This document shows, in pieces, positions 16,514-28,982 of a stretch of DNA of 64,000 nucleotides. The DNA comes from the human T2T-CHM13v2.0 reference genome, Homo sapiens. The notes beneath the pieces were generated by a model that ran no database searches, was not told the origin of the DNA, and saw nothing but the letters and a program-made list of their open reading frames with translations. Made by a program: the position numbers and the translations under genes. The stretch's first letter is position 1; each line of letters opens with the position of its first letter. The stretch lies in the NCBI RefSeq assembly GCF_009914755.1, contig NC_060936.1; one strand, written 5' to 3'.

Positions 16514-19363
16514 AGGACCAAAAGGTGAGAAACCACAAGACCAGAATATTTTATAGAAGAGTTATGTTAAATTTGATATAAAAGGAACTGGGGCAAGAGC
16601 TGAGACAGGGCCCCACACAATGGAGATAGATTCCTGGGAAGATCTCCATTATTGGATCTGGGGCAAGGATCAAAGCATGACTAATAGTAAAACCAGATAG
16701 ATGCTAAGTTGCTGCTCTAAAGATTCTTAAATATCTTCTGCTAAGGAGAGGAGTGGAGCTCGAGGAAGGGGACAGAATATCGGGGGTATGTTAAACACGT
16801 ACAGATATAACTGAACAGGCATCAAAGTAGAGAGCCACCTAATTCTCACACATGCCAATATCAGATGCAAAAAAGGCAATCTTAGTTTTTAAATCCTTAT
16901 AAATTAAACCTCAATATATGTTAGGCCTAAACTAGGTCACAGCAGCTGAATTTTGTGTATAATTTTGCTTATTTCTCTGATAAATGCCTCAAAATAATGG
17001 AGAACATTTCCTAAAAATAATATAGTCCAGAAATCTGTAGGTCATGTAGGGTTCCAATACCTGCTTAGAACTTTCATGTCATCTAGTAGTCTGCTTTAAA
17101 TAGACACTAATTTTTCTGCTATTCACTCATATTTAATTTTTTTTGTAAATGCCTATATATCTTTAACAATAGTTATGTCTAGATGTGGGTAACATGAATT
17201 GGGTTGAATTGATGAAATTATTCCAGAAGAATGGCATCAACAATAACAGTTTTCTTTACTGATTTGACTGCCACACACAAACCTACTGCATTTAAAAGCA
17301 ATGGAACTCAAAGAGCAAGATCTTCTAATGAGATCATTGCTTTGCATTCTTCATTGATAATGTAAATCACATGCACATAGCATCAAAATAGCTGAAATGA
17401 GCACAAATGAACTAAAAGTCTGTTAATGAGATTACAACCAGTTACAATTTCAAGATATAACAAAAGCATGCAGCATAGAGCAATTGACAATTGCAAACAT
17501 TTTAAATGTGGAGACTTTCTATCAGAATTCAATTAAAAAAAGGAAAGTAGGCAAAAAAGAGTTAAAGCAAATCCTCCCTCACCCTTTGAGTATGGTCTGC
17601 CTTTACCAGATCATTCAGTGCATGATATTTGGTTTTATTCACAAGTTTGATGGTGAGACCATTCAGGACTAACAAAATCTGAAACAGAGGGACATTATAA
17701 CAATCCAAAGCATAAGGGCAGTTACCACTGCTTCAAGGATTTCTAAGTAATGTATACTTTAGGAGATTTATTAAAACAAAACTTTATTGTTTAAATGGTG
17801 ATTTTAAATTAGTAGATCAGGAATTGCTACTTATTTGTCATCACTAATGAAGGAAATTGTAACTGTTGTTCAACTATGTATCCTTCATAATGAAACTTTC
17901 ATTTCACATCTGTTTACATTCCACTTTTCCTTAGAAAAGGAAACAAAGTAGACACTCTAATATCCACCATACTATGCCAATTAGCCTGATGTTCATTTTC
18001 AGGTTGAATCATGGCGATACATTGAAGAAAATCATGACATCCTCTGGAGAGGACATTCAGCTAGAAGGAGCAACTTTCACACTTATTATTGAAGTTGACA
18101 CCATCTTTGTGGGTAGCTGGAAATACAGTGGAGATTATCAGACTCCTGAATTTATTTCAGAAGATCATGCTGACAGCTGCCATCCTAATCCAGTCATATG
18201 CAAGGTGAGAAACATGTGGCTGGAGTTTTGATTCAGTACTGTGCCTTCACATACCAATGGCATTTTAAATACAAAAAAACAAATTAAAAAGAGTACACAT
18301 TTTGGTCATTTTCACCTCAAGTTCAAATAAGATTATATATTTTCTTTTATTCTCTTCTGGAATATTCTAAACCTCTGCAGAGATATTTCTAGCTTTTAGC
18401 TACCAAGGAATTATACATCTTTTCAAGCAGTGGTTGTTATTTTAAAACAAAATATTTCAGAGACTGAGGGTTTTATATATGTATAAAAAAAAATCTTACC
18501 CTCAAAGATTTTCCAAGGTAAGCTATGATATGAAAAGGAGTCTCAGTATATTTTTATTAATATGAATTAGAATCTTACAGATAAATTAAACATACAGTAT
18601 TTTACTGCTTGTTATAGAATATAGATAACTTCAGGAAAAAAAGATCATTTTTTACATGTTTCAAAATACTTAAGTTATGCTTTCTCTTATCTTTGAGCCT
18701 GAGAGTGCTTTTTTAAGAAGTAGATGAAAGAAATGGAAACGACTACAAAGAAATTAACTCCTCCACATTCACTGCTTAGGTCTTTTAGTGGGAACCCAGA
18801 TGTTTGTCAGAATTCAAGGTCTCTGCACACTTACGGAAGATTAAAAATCCTAGGAACTCCTATTCAGAACTTTGCAAGCTCTAAGATTAGGGTACTGCCA
18901 ATAAAACCAGTTAGTTGGACTATCTCAGTAAAATCAATCAAGTTCTCCACAAATTTATTAAGTAGCTATTGCATATAGACACTAAGCTAGATACTAGTGC
19001 CTGGAACTCCAGAGGTGCCATTTTGTGGGGAAGAAAGAAAAAAAGAAAAAAGTATAGGAGATGAAATCGATATATTATCGAGCAGACCAACCAGACAGAG
19101 CCAGAATCTACCATTTCTAAAATTAACTTTTAAAATCATGATAGAGTCATAAACCATAAAATTAAATAATAAACTAAAGGTCTGCCAGCAGAGAAAAAAC
19201 AAAAACAAAACACATTTTTTATTCAGGGATTCATTCATTCATTCATTCATTTTTCTCAACAAATGTATGTTAAGGGCACCTCTGAGTCAGACACTCATCT
19301 AAGCACTTAATAAAATTTATCACATTAACACTTTTAAAAATCTTATAAGAAAATTGTGATATA

Positions 19364-19787
19364 CAGATGCTACTCAACTTATGAGGAAAACATCAAAATT
19401 AGTAATTAGTTGAAGATGTTTTAAGTTGAAAATGCATTTAATATACACCTAACCTATAGAACATCATGACTTAGCCTAGCCTACCTTAAACATGCTCAGA
19501 ACACTTACATTAACCTACGATTGGGCAAAATCATCTGGCAGTACAGTACATTGTTGAGTATTGGTTGCTGGCACTCAAGATTGTGTGGCTGGCTGCAGCT
19601 TGCTGATGCTACCCAGCATTGCAAGAGAGTATCGTACGGCATACTGCTAGCCCAGAATTTTGATTTTTTGATTGCAAGATCAAAATTCAAAATTTGAAGT
19701 ACGGTTTCTCCTGAATGTGTATCACTGTCACACCATTGAAAAGTCCAAAAATTGTACGTCAAACTATAGTAAATTGTAGATCATCTG
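19364..19787 (+). mobile_element. Tigger-family DNA transposon (MER47B-like)
   Basis: TA|CAGATG...CATCTG|TA termini with TA TSD; CTTAGCCTAGCCTACCTTAAACATGCTCAGAACACTTACATT. Confidence 0.88.
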
Positions 19788-21559
19788 TATGCTTTAAATT
19801 TCAGGAAGAGGAACACCCAGAAGTTAAATTTCTGTTATAATTGACTAATCTGTCATGTTTGTGGCAGTCAAGTTCCAATCCACTCATGTTTCCAGTATTT
19901 ATTCAGTGTTTGGTAGTGGTAAAATAGACTCATTCCTGTCCTCTTGGAGCTCATAGTGGACCAGTAACTCCCTCAGATCCAGTCAGTCTCTGCTCTTCAC
20001 AGTGCCCTAGACATTGAAAGGTCTTCTTCAAAATTGTCAATCTCTTTCCTGTGCATGGGAATAACTGAGACCAGCAGTACTGCCCAAGAAGAGAGTCTCA
20101 GACTCAGACTGGGATTCCTGCGGCCCCTTTGCCTGTGTCTTTCTTTCAGGCACTTTCCAAATTTGAGTCATGTGCATGGAGATAAATAAAGGCTCCATAG
20201 AGCTCCAGGATTCATGCCTATGAGGTCATCCCAGGACACTGAGGCTGGGCCTTGCTTCCTGGAGGGTGACCTGTAGAGAGAATTGCTCCCTTCAAGCCAA
20301 TGTCTTATTTTGTTCACAATTACATACAATTAGTCTTTCAGAATAACCTGGCAACCTAGTTGTATGCTATGCTCACTCGGTTCAGGTGCAGGGTGAGTTC
20401 AGGGCTCTAGGCTACCATTAGCGCACTGCCTACCATCTAGCTTGAGCTCAGGTGTTGAGTCTCATGTTGAAATCATGTGTCAGATCTCATATATCTGTGT
20501 TCTGACCACAGTGTTGCCTCTGGTCTGTTGTATCTGAGAATGATGAGAAACAAACTTTCCTCTGTGAGCTCCCTATTACTAGCACCCCAGGTAGGCTCAA
20601 TGCCACATGAGAAGGAGCGTTCTAGGGTAGTTGTACCCATCTCATCCAAAAGCTTTTGAGATTGTTGCACCAAAGAAACCACAGGGCCCTTCTGATCAAT
20701 GCCCTCGTTTGCCTCTCAAAAATATGGTGATGAATGATGTCATGCTCTTCCAGGTCAGTCTTAACCACGTGGACCAAGGGACAGAAACTCTTTGCTCAAG
20801 TGGTACCACTCTTCTCATTTTGCCAGTGGCTCCTCTCCTATTCTTCCTGCTGTTGGCAATATGGGAAAGGCAAGAGTATGCTCAACACTGAAAGATATTA
20901 TATACCAGACTTAAACTTAAAGAGTTTAAGAGAAGACATGGTTAGAAAATGTGTTGTCTTACTCTTATGCTCTAAGACTCCTAATTTAATATTATCAGAA
21001 AACAAATTATCATTCACACTTTTCTGCATACTCTATGTAAGACTGCCATTTGTGAATATCACTAGCAGAGCACAGTAACAACTCCTAAAAGGGTCATTGG
21101 AAGCAAGTATTCACAGTAGCACAATGGATGATATACACAAAATATTCAGTGATGATCTACTTTGCATTAAATAAATTTATTAGGAAATTGCAGAAGCAAG
21201 GTGATTCTGCATTATGAGTAATGGCAGTGTTGCTATCCTATTCTCATGGCAAAAATTAAGAACAAGAAAAGATGGTGACTAGTCACTACAAAGAATACCC
21301 ACTTGTACAATAATGAATAAACACTTTTTTTCTACCCATTATTTTAAATTTTTACTGATAAATCCCTGCATTGCAAAAAGACCCAAGAATTTTGTAATGT
21401 ATATTTTAACCAATTTGTTTGCATAGGTTCAGGAATTAGAAACTAAAACATTTTCCAGAGTTCTGTACATTACAGATATGGTCTGGGTAGAGACAAATGC
21501 TCCCCACAAAGTAGATTACAATATTGTGATATATAATAAGGAAGAAAACAATAGAAGCA

Positions 21560-22260
21560 TTAGAATTTTCTGGTATCTGCTGGAGTATGGGTCTCTGAAT
21601 CGTGTTTGACCTGAGAGTTGAAAGGTAAATGGGATTTTATCCAGCAAAGAAGAGAAAAAATAAGAACCATATATGCAATGCTGTAAATACAGGAGTATGG
21701 AAAGGCCAGTGTGCCTGAAAGGCAAGAAATGAGAGAGAGAGAGAGAGAGTGATTTTGGCAGCTGGACAGTGGCTAGGGCAGACAAGGACTTGAGGACCAT
21801 GTTAAACAGTTAACACATATCCTAAGAGCAATACGAACCTACTGGAAGTGTCATGACCAAATTTGTGTTTTTAAGATTTAAAAGATTCTGTTTTCAGATT
21901 GTAAAACAGATTGTACACAAGAAAGAATGCATTCAGGGAAGATGATTAAAAGGCTATTGGGAGTAACTGAGATAATAGATGATTGATGCTCAGATTGGAG
22001 TAGTTATGACATAGAGAGAAAAGAATGGAACTAAGATACATTTGTGTAAGATTTGTTAATGGACTCCATGGCAGATGGGGATGAAAGAAAGGTAAAAGGG
22101 AAATTCCCAGATGTATAGTTTGTATATTTGGTTGGATTGTGGTATCATTCATTGAGATATGAACACTGAAAGAGGAGCAGATTTCAGGTGGAGACCACAA
22201 GTTTAGTATTGGACAGTTTAAATTTGAGGAGTTTTAAGGTATCTAAGGTAAGATATAAAA
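21560..22260 (-). mobile_element. L2 fragment
   Basis: GGCTATTG..; TCATTGAGATATGAACACTGAAAGAGGAGCAGATTT..AAGTTTAGTATTGGACA..TTTGAGG. Confidence 0.65.
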
Positions 22261-22328
22261 AAAGGCAATGGTATATATCACACTGTATGACCCCAAATCC
22301 TAGTATATCTGACTTGAAATTAAATGAT

Positions 22329-24574
22329 TGTATTAGTTTGTTCTCACACTGCTATAAGACCTGCCTGACACTAGGTAATTTGTAATGGAAAGAGGTTTAA
22401 TTGACTCACAGTTATGCATAGCTGGAGAGGCCTAAGGAAACTTACAATCATGGCGGAAGGGGAAGCAAACATGTCCTTCTTCACCTGGCAGCAGGAGAGA
22501 GAAGTGCAGAGCAAAGTGGGGAAAAGCCCCATAAAAACCCATCGGATCTCATGATAACTCACTCGCTATCATGAGAATGGCATGGGGGAAACACCCTAAT
22601 GATCTAATCACCTCCCACAAGGTCCCTCTGCCAATACATGGGGATTATAACTCAGATTATAATTCAAGATGAGATTTTGGGTGGGGACACAACTGAACTA
22701 TATCACTCCCCCTCGGGAATCTCATGTCCTTACATTTCAAAACACATTCATGCCTTTCCAACAGTCCCTCAAGCTCTTAACTCATTCCAGCATTAATCCA
22801 AAAATTTAAATACATAGTCTCATCTGAGAGGATGCAAGTCCCTTCTGCCTATAAGCCTGTAAAATCAAAAGCAAGTTAGTTACTCCCTAGATACAATGGG
22901 GGAATAGGCACAGGGTAAATATACCCAAAACGGGAGATATTGACACAAACCAAGAGGCTACAAGCCCCATGCAAGTCTGAAATCCAATAGGACAGTCATT
23001 AAACTTTAAAGTTCCAAAATAATCTCCTTTGACTCCATGTATCACATCCAGGTCACACTGATGCAAGAGGTGGGCTCCCACGGCCTTGGGCAGTTCCATC
23101 TCTATGGCTCTGCAGAGCACAGCCCCCAAGACTGCTTTCATGGGCTGGCATTGAGTGTCTGTGACATTAGCAGATGCACACTGCAAGCTATCAGTGGATC
23201 TACCATTCTGGGGTCTGGAGGATGGTACTCCTCTTCTCACAGCTCCACTAGGCAGCGCCCCAGTGGGTACTCTGTGTGGGGGTTCCAACCTCACATTTCC
23301 CTTCTGCACTGCCCTAGCAGAGGTTCTCCATGAGAGCTCTGCCCCTGCAGCAAAATTCTATCTGGACATCCAGGCATTCCCATACATCCTCTGAAATCTA
23401 GGCAGAGATTTCCAAGCCTCAGTTCTTGACTTCTGTGCACCCACAGGATCAACACCACGTGGAAGCCATGAAGGCTTGGGGTTTGAATCCTCTGAAGCAA
23501 TGGCCTGAGCTCTACCTTGATCCCTTTGAGCCACAGCTGGAGCTGAAGCAGCTGGGATGCAGGGCACCATGTCCTGAGGCTGCACAGAGCAGGGGGAGCC
23601 CTGGGCCCAACTCACAAAACAATTTATTTCCTCCTAGGCTTGGCCTGTGATGTGAGGGACTGCCGAGAATGTCTCTGATGTGCCCTGCAGACATTTTCCC
23701 CATTGTCTTGGTGATTAACATTTGGTTCCCTGTTTCTTATGGGAATTTCTGCAGTGGGCTTGAATTTCTTCTTAGAAAATGGGTTTTTCTTTTCTGCTGC
23801 ATCATCAAATTTTCCAAACTTTTATACTCTGCTTCCTCTTGAAGGCTTTGCCACTAAGAAATTTCTTCTGCCAGATACCCTAAATCATCTCTCTCAAATT
23901 CAAAGTTCCACAGATCTCTAGGGCAGGGACAAAATGCTACCAGTCTCTTTTCATAGCAAGAATGACCTTTACTCCAGTTCCCAACAAGTTCCTCATCTCA
24001 ATCTGAGACCGCCTCATACTGGACTTCATTGTCCATATCATGATCAGCATTTTGGCCAAAACCATTCGACAAGTCTAGGAAGTTCCAAACTTTCTCACAT
24101 CTTCCTGTCTTCTTCTGAGCCCTCCAAACTGTTCCAATCTCTGCCCATTACCCAGTTCTAATGTTTCCACATGTTGAGATATCTTTTCAGCAGTATCCCA
24201 CACTACTGGTACCAATTTTGTGAATTGGTCCATTTTCATTCTGCTATAAAGGACTACCTGAGACTGGGTAATTTATAAAGAACAGAAGTTTAATTGATTC
24301 ACAGTTTCACGTGACTGGGAAAGCCTCAGGGAAGTTACAATCATGGTGGAAGGTGAAGGGGAAGCAAGGGACTTCTTACATGGCATCAGGAGAGAGAGAG
24401 ATCGAGTTAAGAAGGAAGTATCACACTTTTAAACCGTCAGATCTCCTGAGAACTTACATGGTATCACAAGCACAACAGGCGGAAACCACTCCCATGATCC
24501 AATCACCTCCGACCAAGTCTCTCCTCCGACACATGGGGATTACAATTTGACATGAGATTTGGGTGGGGACACAG
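22329..24574 (-). mobile_element. THE1 (ERVL-MaLR) provirus: LTR 22329-22705, internal 22706-24218, LTR 24219-24574 (outer ~15 bp missing)
   Basis: Both LTRs carry GGTAATTT..TTTAATTGA.TCACAG and GAGATTT(T)GGGTGGGGACAC; internal ORF remnant (LEPPHRVPTGALPSGAVRRG, 22887-23309) typical of THE1-int. Confidence 0.93.
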
Positions 24575-24742
24575 AAAGTTGGGGTAGATGTTCTTGTTGC
24601 AAATCACTCTTGTTTCCATGTCACTTTCTTCAGGGAACTATTTTCCAAATAACTGTGGACTTTGTTTTTATAGAGGTTTTGGTGGCCAGAGTTAAAAGAC
24701 TGAAATAAAGCTACAGTTTTAAAGAAACTACATAGCAAATGT

Positions 24743-24990
24743 CATTCATTCACTCAACAAGTATTTCTTGAGCACTGAATATATGCCAAGGACTGTTTTA
24801 GGTGCCAAAGATAGAACACTGAACAAAATAGGCACATTCCTTCCTCCCATGGAGCTTTTATTTCAAGTCAGGGTGGGGGAATGGAGGGTGAAAATCAGAG
24901 AAATCATGTAAGTTAAACATTTAGTATTTTAAGACAGTATTTTAGAAAGTGGCAAGTGATAAGGAGAATGAAACAGAGAAGGGATGCTTA
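24743..24990 (-). mobile_element. L2 3' end (L2a-like)
   Basis: CATTCATTCACTCAACAAGTATTTCTTGAGCAC..TATGCCAAGGACTGTTTTAGGTGC..CCCATGGAGCTT. Confidence 0.78.
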
Positions 24991-25009
24991 GATGAGACTA
25001 TGAAACTTA

Positions 25010-25465
25010 GGGTTAATACTGGAATAATTAAGACTTTGGGAGTTAGAGTAGAATGAATGTATTTTACATGCAAGTAGGACATTAATTTGGAAAGAGCCAG
25101 GGGCAGGATGCTATGGACTGAATGTGTCTTCCCCAAATCCATATGTTAAAATCTAACCCACAATGTGATGGTATTAGGAGGTGGGGCCTCTGGGAGGTAA
25201 TTAGATCATGATGGTGGATCTCTCATGAATGAGATTAGTACCTTTATAAAAGAGACTGCAGATAATTTTCTTGCCCTTTTTCCACCTTATGAAGACACAA
25301 GGAGAGGTAGGCAGTCTGCAACCTCACATGAACCTAACAATGCTGGCACACCGAGCTTGGATACCCAGCTTCCAGAACTATAAGAAATACATTTATGTTA
25401 TCTATCAGCCACCCAGTCTATTGCGGTCTATGTTATTTATAAGCCACCCAGCCCAAACCAAGGCA
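25010..25465 (+). mobile_element. MLT1A-like LTR (25109-25465) preceded by the 3' end of its internal region with purine tract
   Basis: GAAAGAGCCAGGGGCAGGA|TGCTATGGACTGAATGTGT..GTGATGGTATTAGGAGGTGGGGCC..CAGCTTCCAGAACT. Confidence 0.78.
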
Positions 25466-25469
25466 GTCA

Positions 25470-26545
25470 TCATGTCTCCATAGGCTCCTCTTGTTTGTGA
25501 TGGTATCTCAGACATTCCCGGTTTTAATGACCTTGATTTTGTCAGACTTTCCTTCTTTTGATGGCATTGATGGGTTTGAGGATTACCCTCCAATGGAATT
25601 TGTTCATATTGTTTTCTCATAATTAGACTGTGGTTATGGATAGAAAACCATGGGGTTAAAGTGTCATTTTCATCACATTATAACAAACGCATCTGCTATC
25701 AACATGATTTGTCACTGTTGACATTGACCTTGATAACCTGATTAAAAATATTGTTTATAAGGCTTCTCCACTGTAAAGGTGCTATCTCCCAACCACTTTC
25801 TATATTGTACTCTTTTTAATGAAGTCACTATGCACAGCCCACAGTTAAGGAGTATGGAATTATGCTCTACTTCTTAATGGCAGTGTTTTGAAAAAAATTA
25901 CTTGGAATTCTTTTGCATGGAATATTAATCTCTTCTCCCTCCATTATGGGTTTAATTATTTATTTATATCAATATGAGCTTTTGTATATTTATTTTATAC
26001 TTTGTGTTATAACCTATTACTACTTTATTTTGTTGCACAATTTTTTCTGGCTTTGGCTATTGGTTGCTCTTTCAGTTGACTTTTGTACCTCTTTGACATA
26101 CCTATATTAACATGGTTTTGTTTGTTTAGCACTTTCTGACTTTCTAAGCACTATAAGATGCTTCATGCTCATCTTATCTCTTCCTTGCTCCAGCCCTTGA
26201 ATTAGCCATTTATCCAAGGAGCTTAATTCCTGGTATTGGAGAATGGCATTAGAAACCAAGATCTGAATGCTAGGTGCGCTCCTTGCTACTGGGTACCATT
26301 GATTTCAGACTCTCTAGCTGACACAGTGAGGAAATATATGTGTATATACTAAACCATGTATATATACGTATCTATACATGCTTTTATATGTGACCATATG
26401 CAGCTATATTGTCATCTAATTAAACTCATCTCACTAAACATGAGTTCATATTGGTATCTCCAATTCTAACCCATTCCCACATGGAATATCCTGGCCACTT
26501 CCCCTCACTTTTCTGTAAACTCATACTCCAACAGGGAGAAACCCG
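25470..26545 (-). mobile_element. Old L1M (L1MC/L1MD-like) 3' region
   Basis: TTCTCATAATTAGACTGTGGTTATGG, GAAGTCACTATGCACAGCCCACA, AGAAACCAAGATCTG..TGCTAGGTG motifs. Confidence 0.72.
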
Positions 26546-26769
26546 GCTCCCAGGTGTGGTGCTTTTCACTTAATCTCTGTGAAGGTAAATAAACTACACA
26601 ATTTCTAGCTTTCCACTGTATACTATACTTACCTACACTATACTTTATACTATATAACCCCCACACCTTTAAGCTCCAAATGCACCATTCTATATGACAT
26701 ATAGAGTGGAGTGCAGTGACGTGATCATAGCTCCCCATGGGATGGTGGTGTAATCATAGCTTCCCATCC

Positions 26770-27447
26770 ACTTGGCATGCTAGGGCTGAGACTATACAAA
26801 TTACATTTCCCAGATGCCTTTGTCAGCTGGATTCCTGTTAGGTTCTGCTATGAGGAGCAGTGAAAAGAAGTTGAAAAGTGTGTGTAAGGGAGAAAGACCT
26901 TGCACCACTTTTTATTCAGTTTCATCAGCATTGCTTCAACAGCAGCAAGTTGATGGCTATCACTTGGAGCTTATTTTTTTACTTCCAACATTAGCCTCAC
27001 TACGTTCACTCAGTGATTTGAAAATAAACCTGGACCTGCTTCTTTCATGTGATGGGAGTAATAGGTATGGCTTTCTTACCCTTTGGGCTGTAGACTATCC
27101 AAGTATTCACAGTCCATGATTCCTTGATGGTCTGAACATCTTCCAGGTATTCCCCTTCTACAGAGGTCTAACACCAGCTGAGCAGAGCTTCCCCAGAGAA
27201 GTGCAAACTCTAGCGCTATAGGGTAACTCCTCCCATCTCCCATGATCTAACACCATCTATGCCCTTTTGTTTCTTTAGCTTTAGGAATGGTATAGTTTCT
27301 GCCTGCCTTTATTTTTTTTTTATATGTTTCCAGCATCTCCTCTTTGCTCTCTCAGGCTTCCATCACTGTTTTATTCTGTCTTTCATATTAAGTACACTCT
27401 ATTTAAAATACCTACTGGTTCTGTTTTCCTGAATGGGTCTTGACACA
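26770..27447 (+). mobile_element. ERVL LTR (LTR33-like)
   Basis: TTACATTTCCCAGA..CAGCTGGATTCCTGTTAGGTTCTGC; terminal AAATACCTA..GGTTCTGTTTTCCTGA. Confidence 0.6.
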
Positions 27448-28090
27448 CTCTCTCTCCCCCTCACTTTGTTATCTGTAAATTTCAGATTTTAGTGGAGCCA
27501 ACCTCAAAATGTTATTATGAAGATTGTATTAATTATTTCATGTAAATCACTTAGCACAATGCATGACACTAGAAAAGTACTCAGTCAACATTGGCTATTA
27601 TTTTTCTCTTTAGCTAGTCCAACGGAACAGGATTTAAAGGCACCCTCCACATCAGATGACCAATGTTCTAATATGGACATTGAGCCTGGCTAGTTTTGTA
27701 ATTAAAGTCTAGTTTCTCTCATTACCTTCTTTTTCTTTGGATATGTCCAGAGCTATATCAAATTAGCATGTACTAGCAGGGCTGTGCCATTTGTTAATCG
27801 ATTAGAACCTCACTGCATTAAATGGTAAATAGCCTAGTACCGAGTTCTTAGTGCCTTCTCACTGCTCAAGCTATTTTTTTCCCTTCCCAGGAGCCCTGGA
27901 ACCTCCCCAGTTACATGTCAGTTAAAAAAAAAAAAAAAAAAACACAAATGTTTCCAGCATTCTGCTGCAGTGCTAGGGCCAGTGTCTTTCCTAACTGGTT
28001 TACATGCAAGCCAAACATACAGATATTTTGCATATCACACTGAACACGTGTGTTGTCCCTCCTCCAGTCAAGGATATTGCTGAAGTTACC

Positions 28091-28339
28091 TTTTTTTTTT
28101 TTTTTTCACTGCAACCTGCCCTTCCCCATCTCAAGGGGTCTGCTCATTTAAGCCTCCCAAGTAGCTGGGAGCACAGGTGCCTGCCACCATGCCCAGCTAA
28201 TTTTTTTTTTTTTTATTTTTGGTACAGAAGGGGTTCCGCTATGTTGCCCAGGCTGGTCTTGCACTCCTGGACTCAAAAATCTGCCTGCCTTGGCCTCTCA
28301 AAGTGCTGAGATTACAGGCTTGAGCCACCACGCCTGGCC
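28091..28339 (-). mobile_element. Alu (J-like) lacking ~50 bp next to its poly(A)
   Basis: Poly(T) joined directly to CACTGCAACC; ends CAGGCTTGAGCCACCACGCCTGGCC; degenerate TSD aagttacc / aagttaac. Confidence 0.9.
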
Positions 28340-28344
28340 AAAGT

Positions 28345-28535
28345 TAACATTTTTGAGGTGCTTACTGTGTGTCACAAAAAAATATGGCGAGATATTTACT
28401 ATTGTTATTTCCTTTCTTCTTTAGATAAAAAGCTAAGTCATAGAGTAATTTTAAAACTTTCCTGAAGTCACACAGCTATTAAACAATGAAGCCAGGATTC
28501 ACATCAGTTATTCTGACTCTAGAGCCTAGGTTCTT
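28345..28535 (-). mobile_element. MIR
   Basis: TTTTTGAGGTGCTTACTGTGTG..GTCACACAGCTA..GCCAGGATTC..CTGACTCTAGAGCC. Confidence 0.72.
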
Positions 28536-28668
28536 GATTGAGTTACCAGTCTGAGAACATGAAATAAGTTTAGTGGAGACAGGGAAGAAAATCATATAAA
28601 TTAAAGTTTTACCTGAATGTGAATTCAGGAGAAAGGATTACATGAGATAATAAAAATTCAACCAGTAG

Positions 28669-28982
28669 GGCCAGGTGGGGTGGCTCACACCTATAACCCT
28701 AGCACTTTGGGAGGTGGAGGTGGAAGGATCACTTGAGGTCAGGAGTTTGAGACTAGCCTGGGCAACATAGCTAGACCCTGTCTCGACAAAAAAATTTTAC
28801 ACTAAATTAGGCAAGAGTGGTGGTACATGCCTGTAGTCCTGGTTATTTGGGAGGCTGAGGTGAGAAGATTCCCTGAGCCCAGCAGTTGGAAGCTGTAGTG
28901 AGCTATGATTACACCACTGCACTCCAGCCTGGATGGCCGAGCAAGACCCTGTCTCAAATTAAAAAAAAAAAAAAAAAAAAAA
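28669..28982 (+). mobile_element. Alu (J-like), full dimer with poly(A)
   Basis: GGCCAGG..GGCTCACACCTATAA..GTGAGCTATGAT..CCACTGCACTCCAGCCTGG..GACCCTGTCTC(A)n. Confidence 0.93.

Noticed and set aside
19950-20900. GC-richer non-repeat stretch with several short ORFs as a pseudogene or exon cluster
   Set aside because: No recognisable homology or consistent splice/frame pattern by eye; BLAST/Dfam would be needed
22887-24550. Cluster of overlapping ORFs as a host gene
   Set aside because: All lie within THE1 internal or LTR sequence
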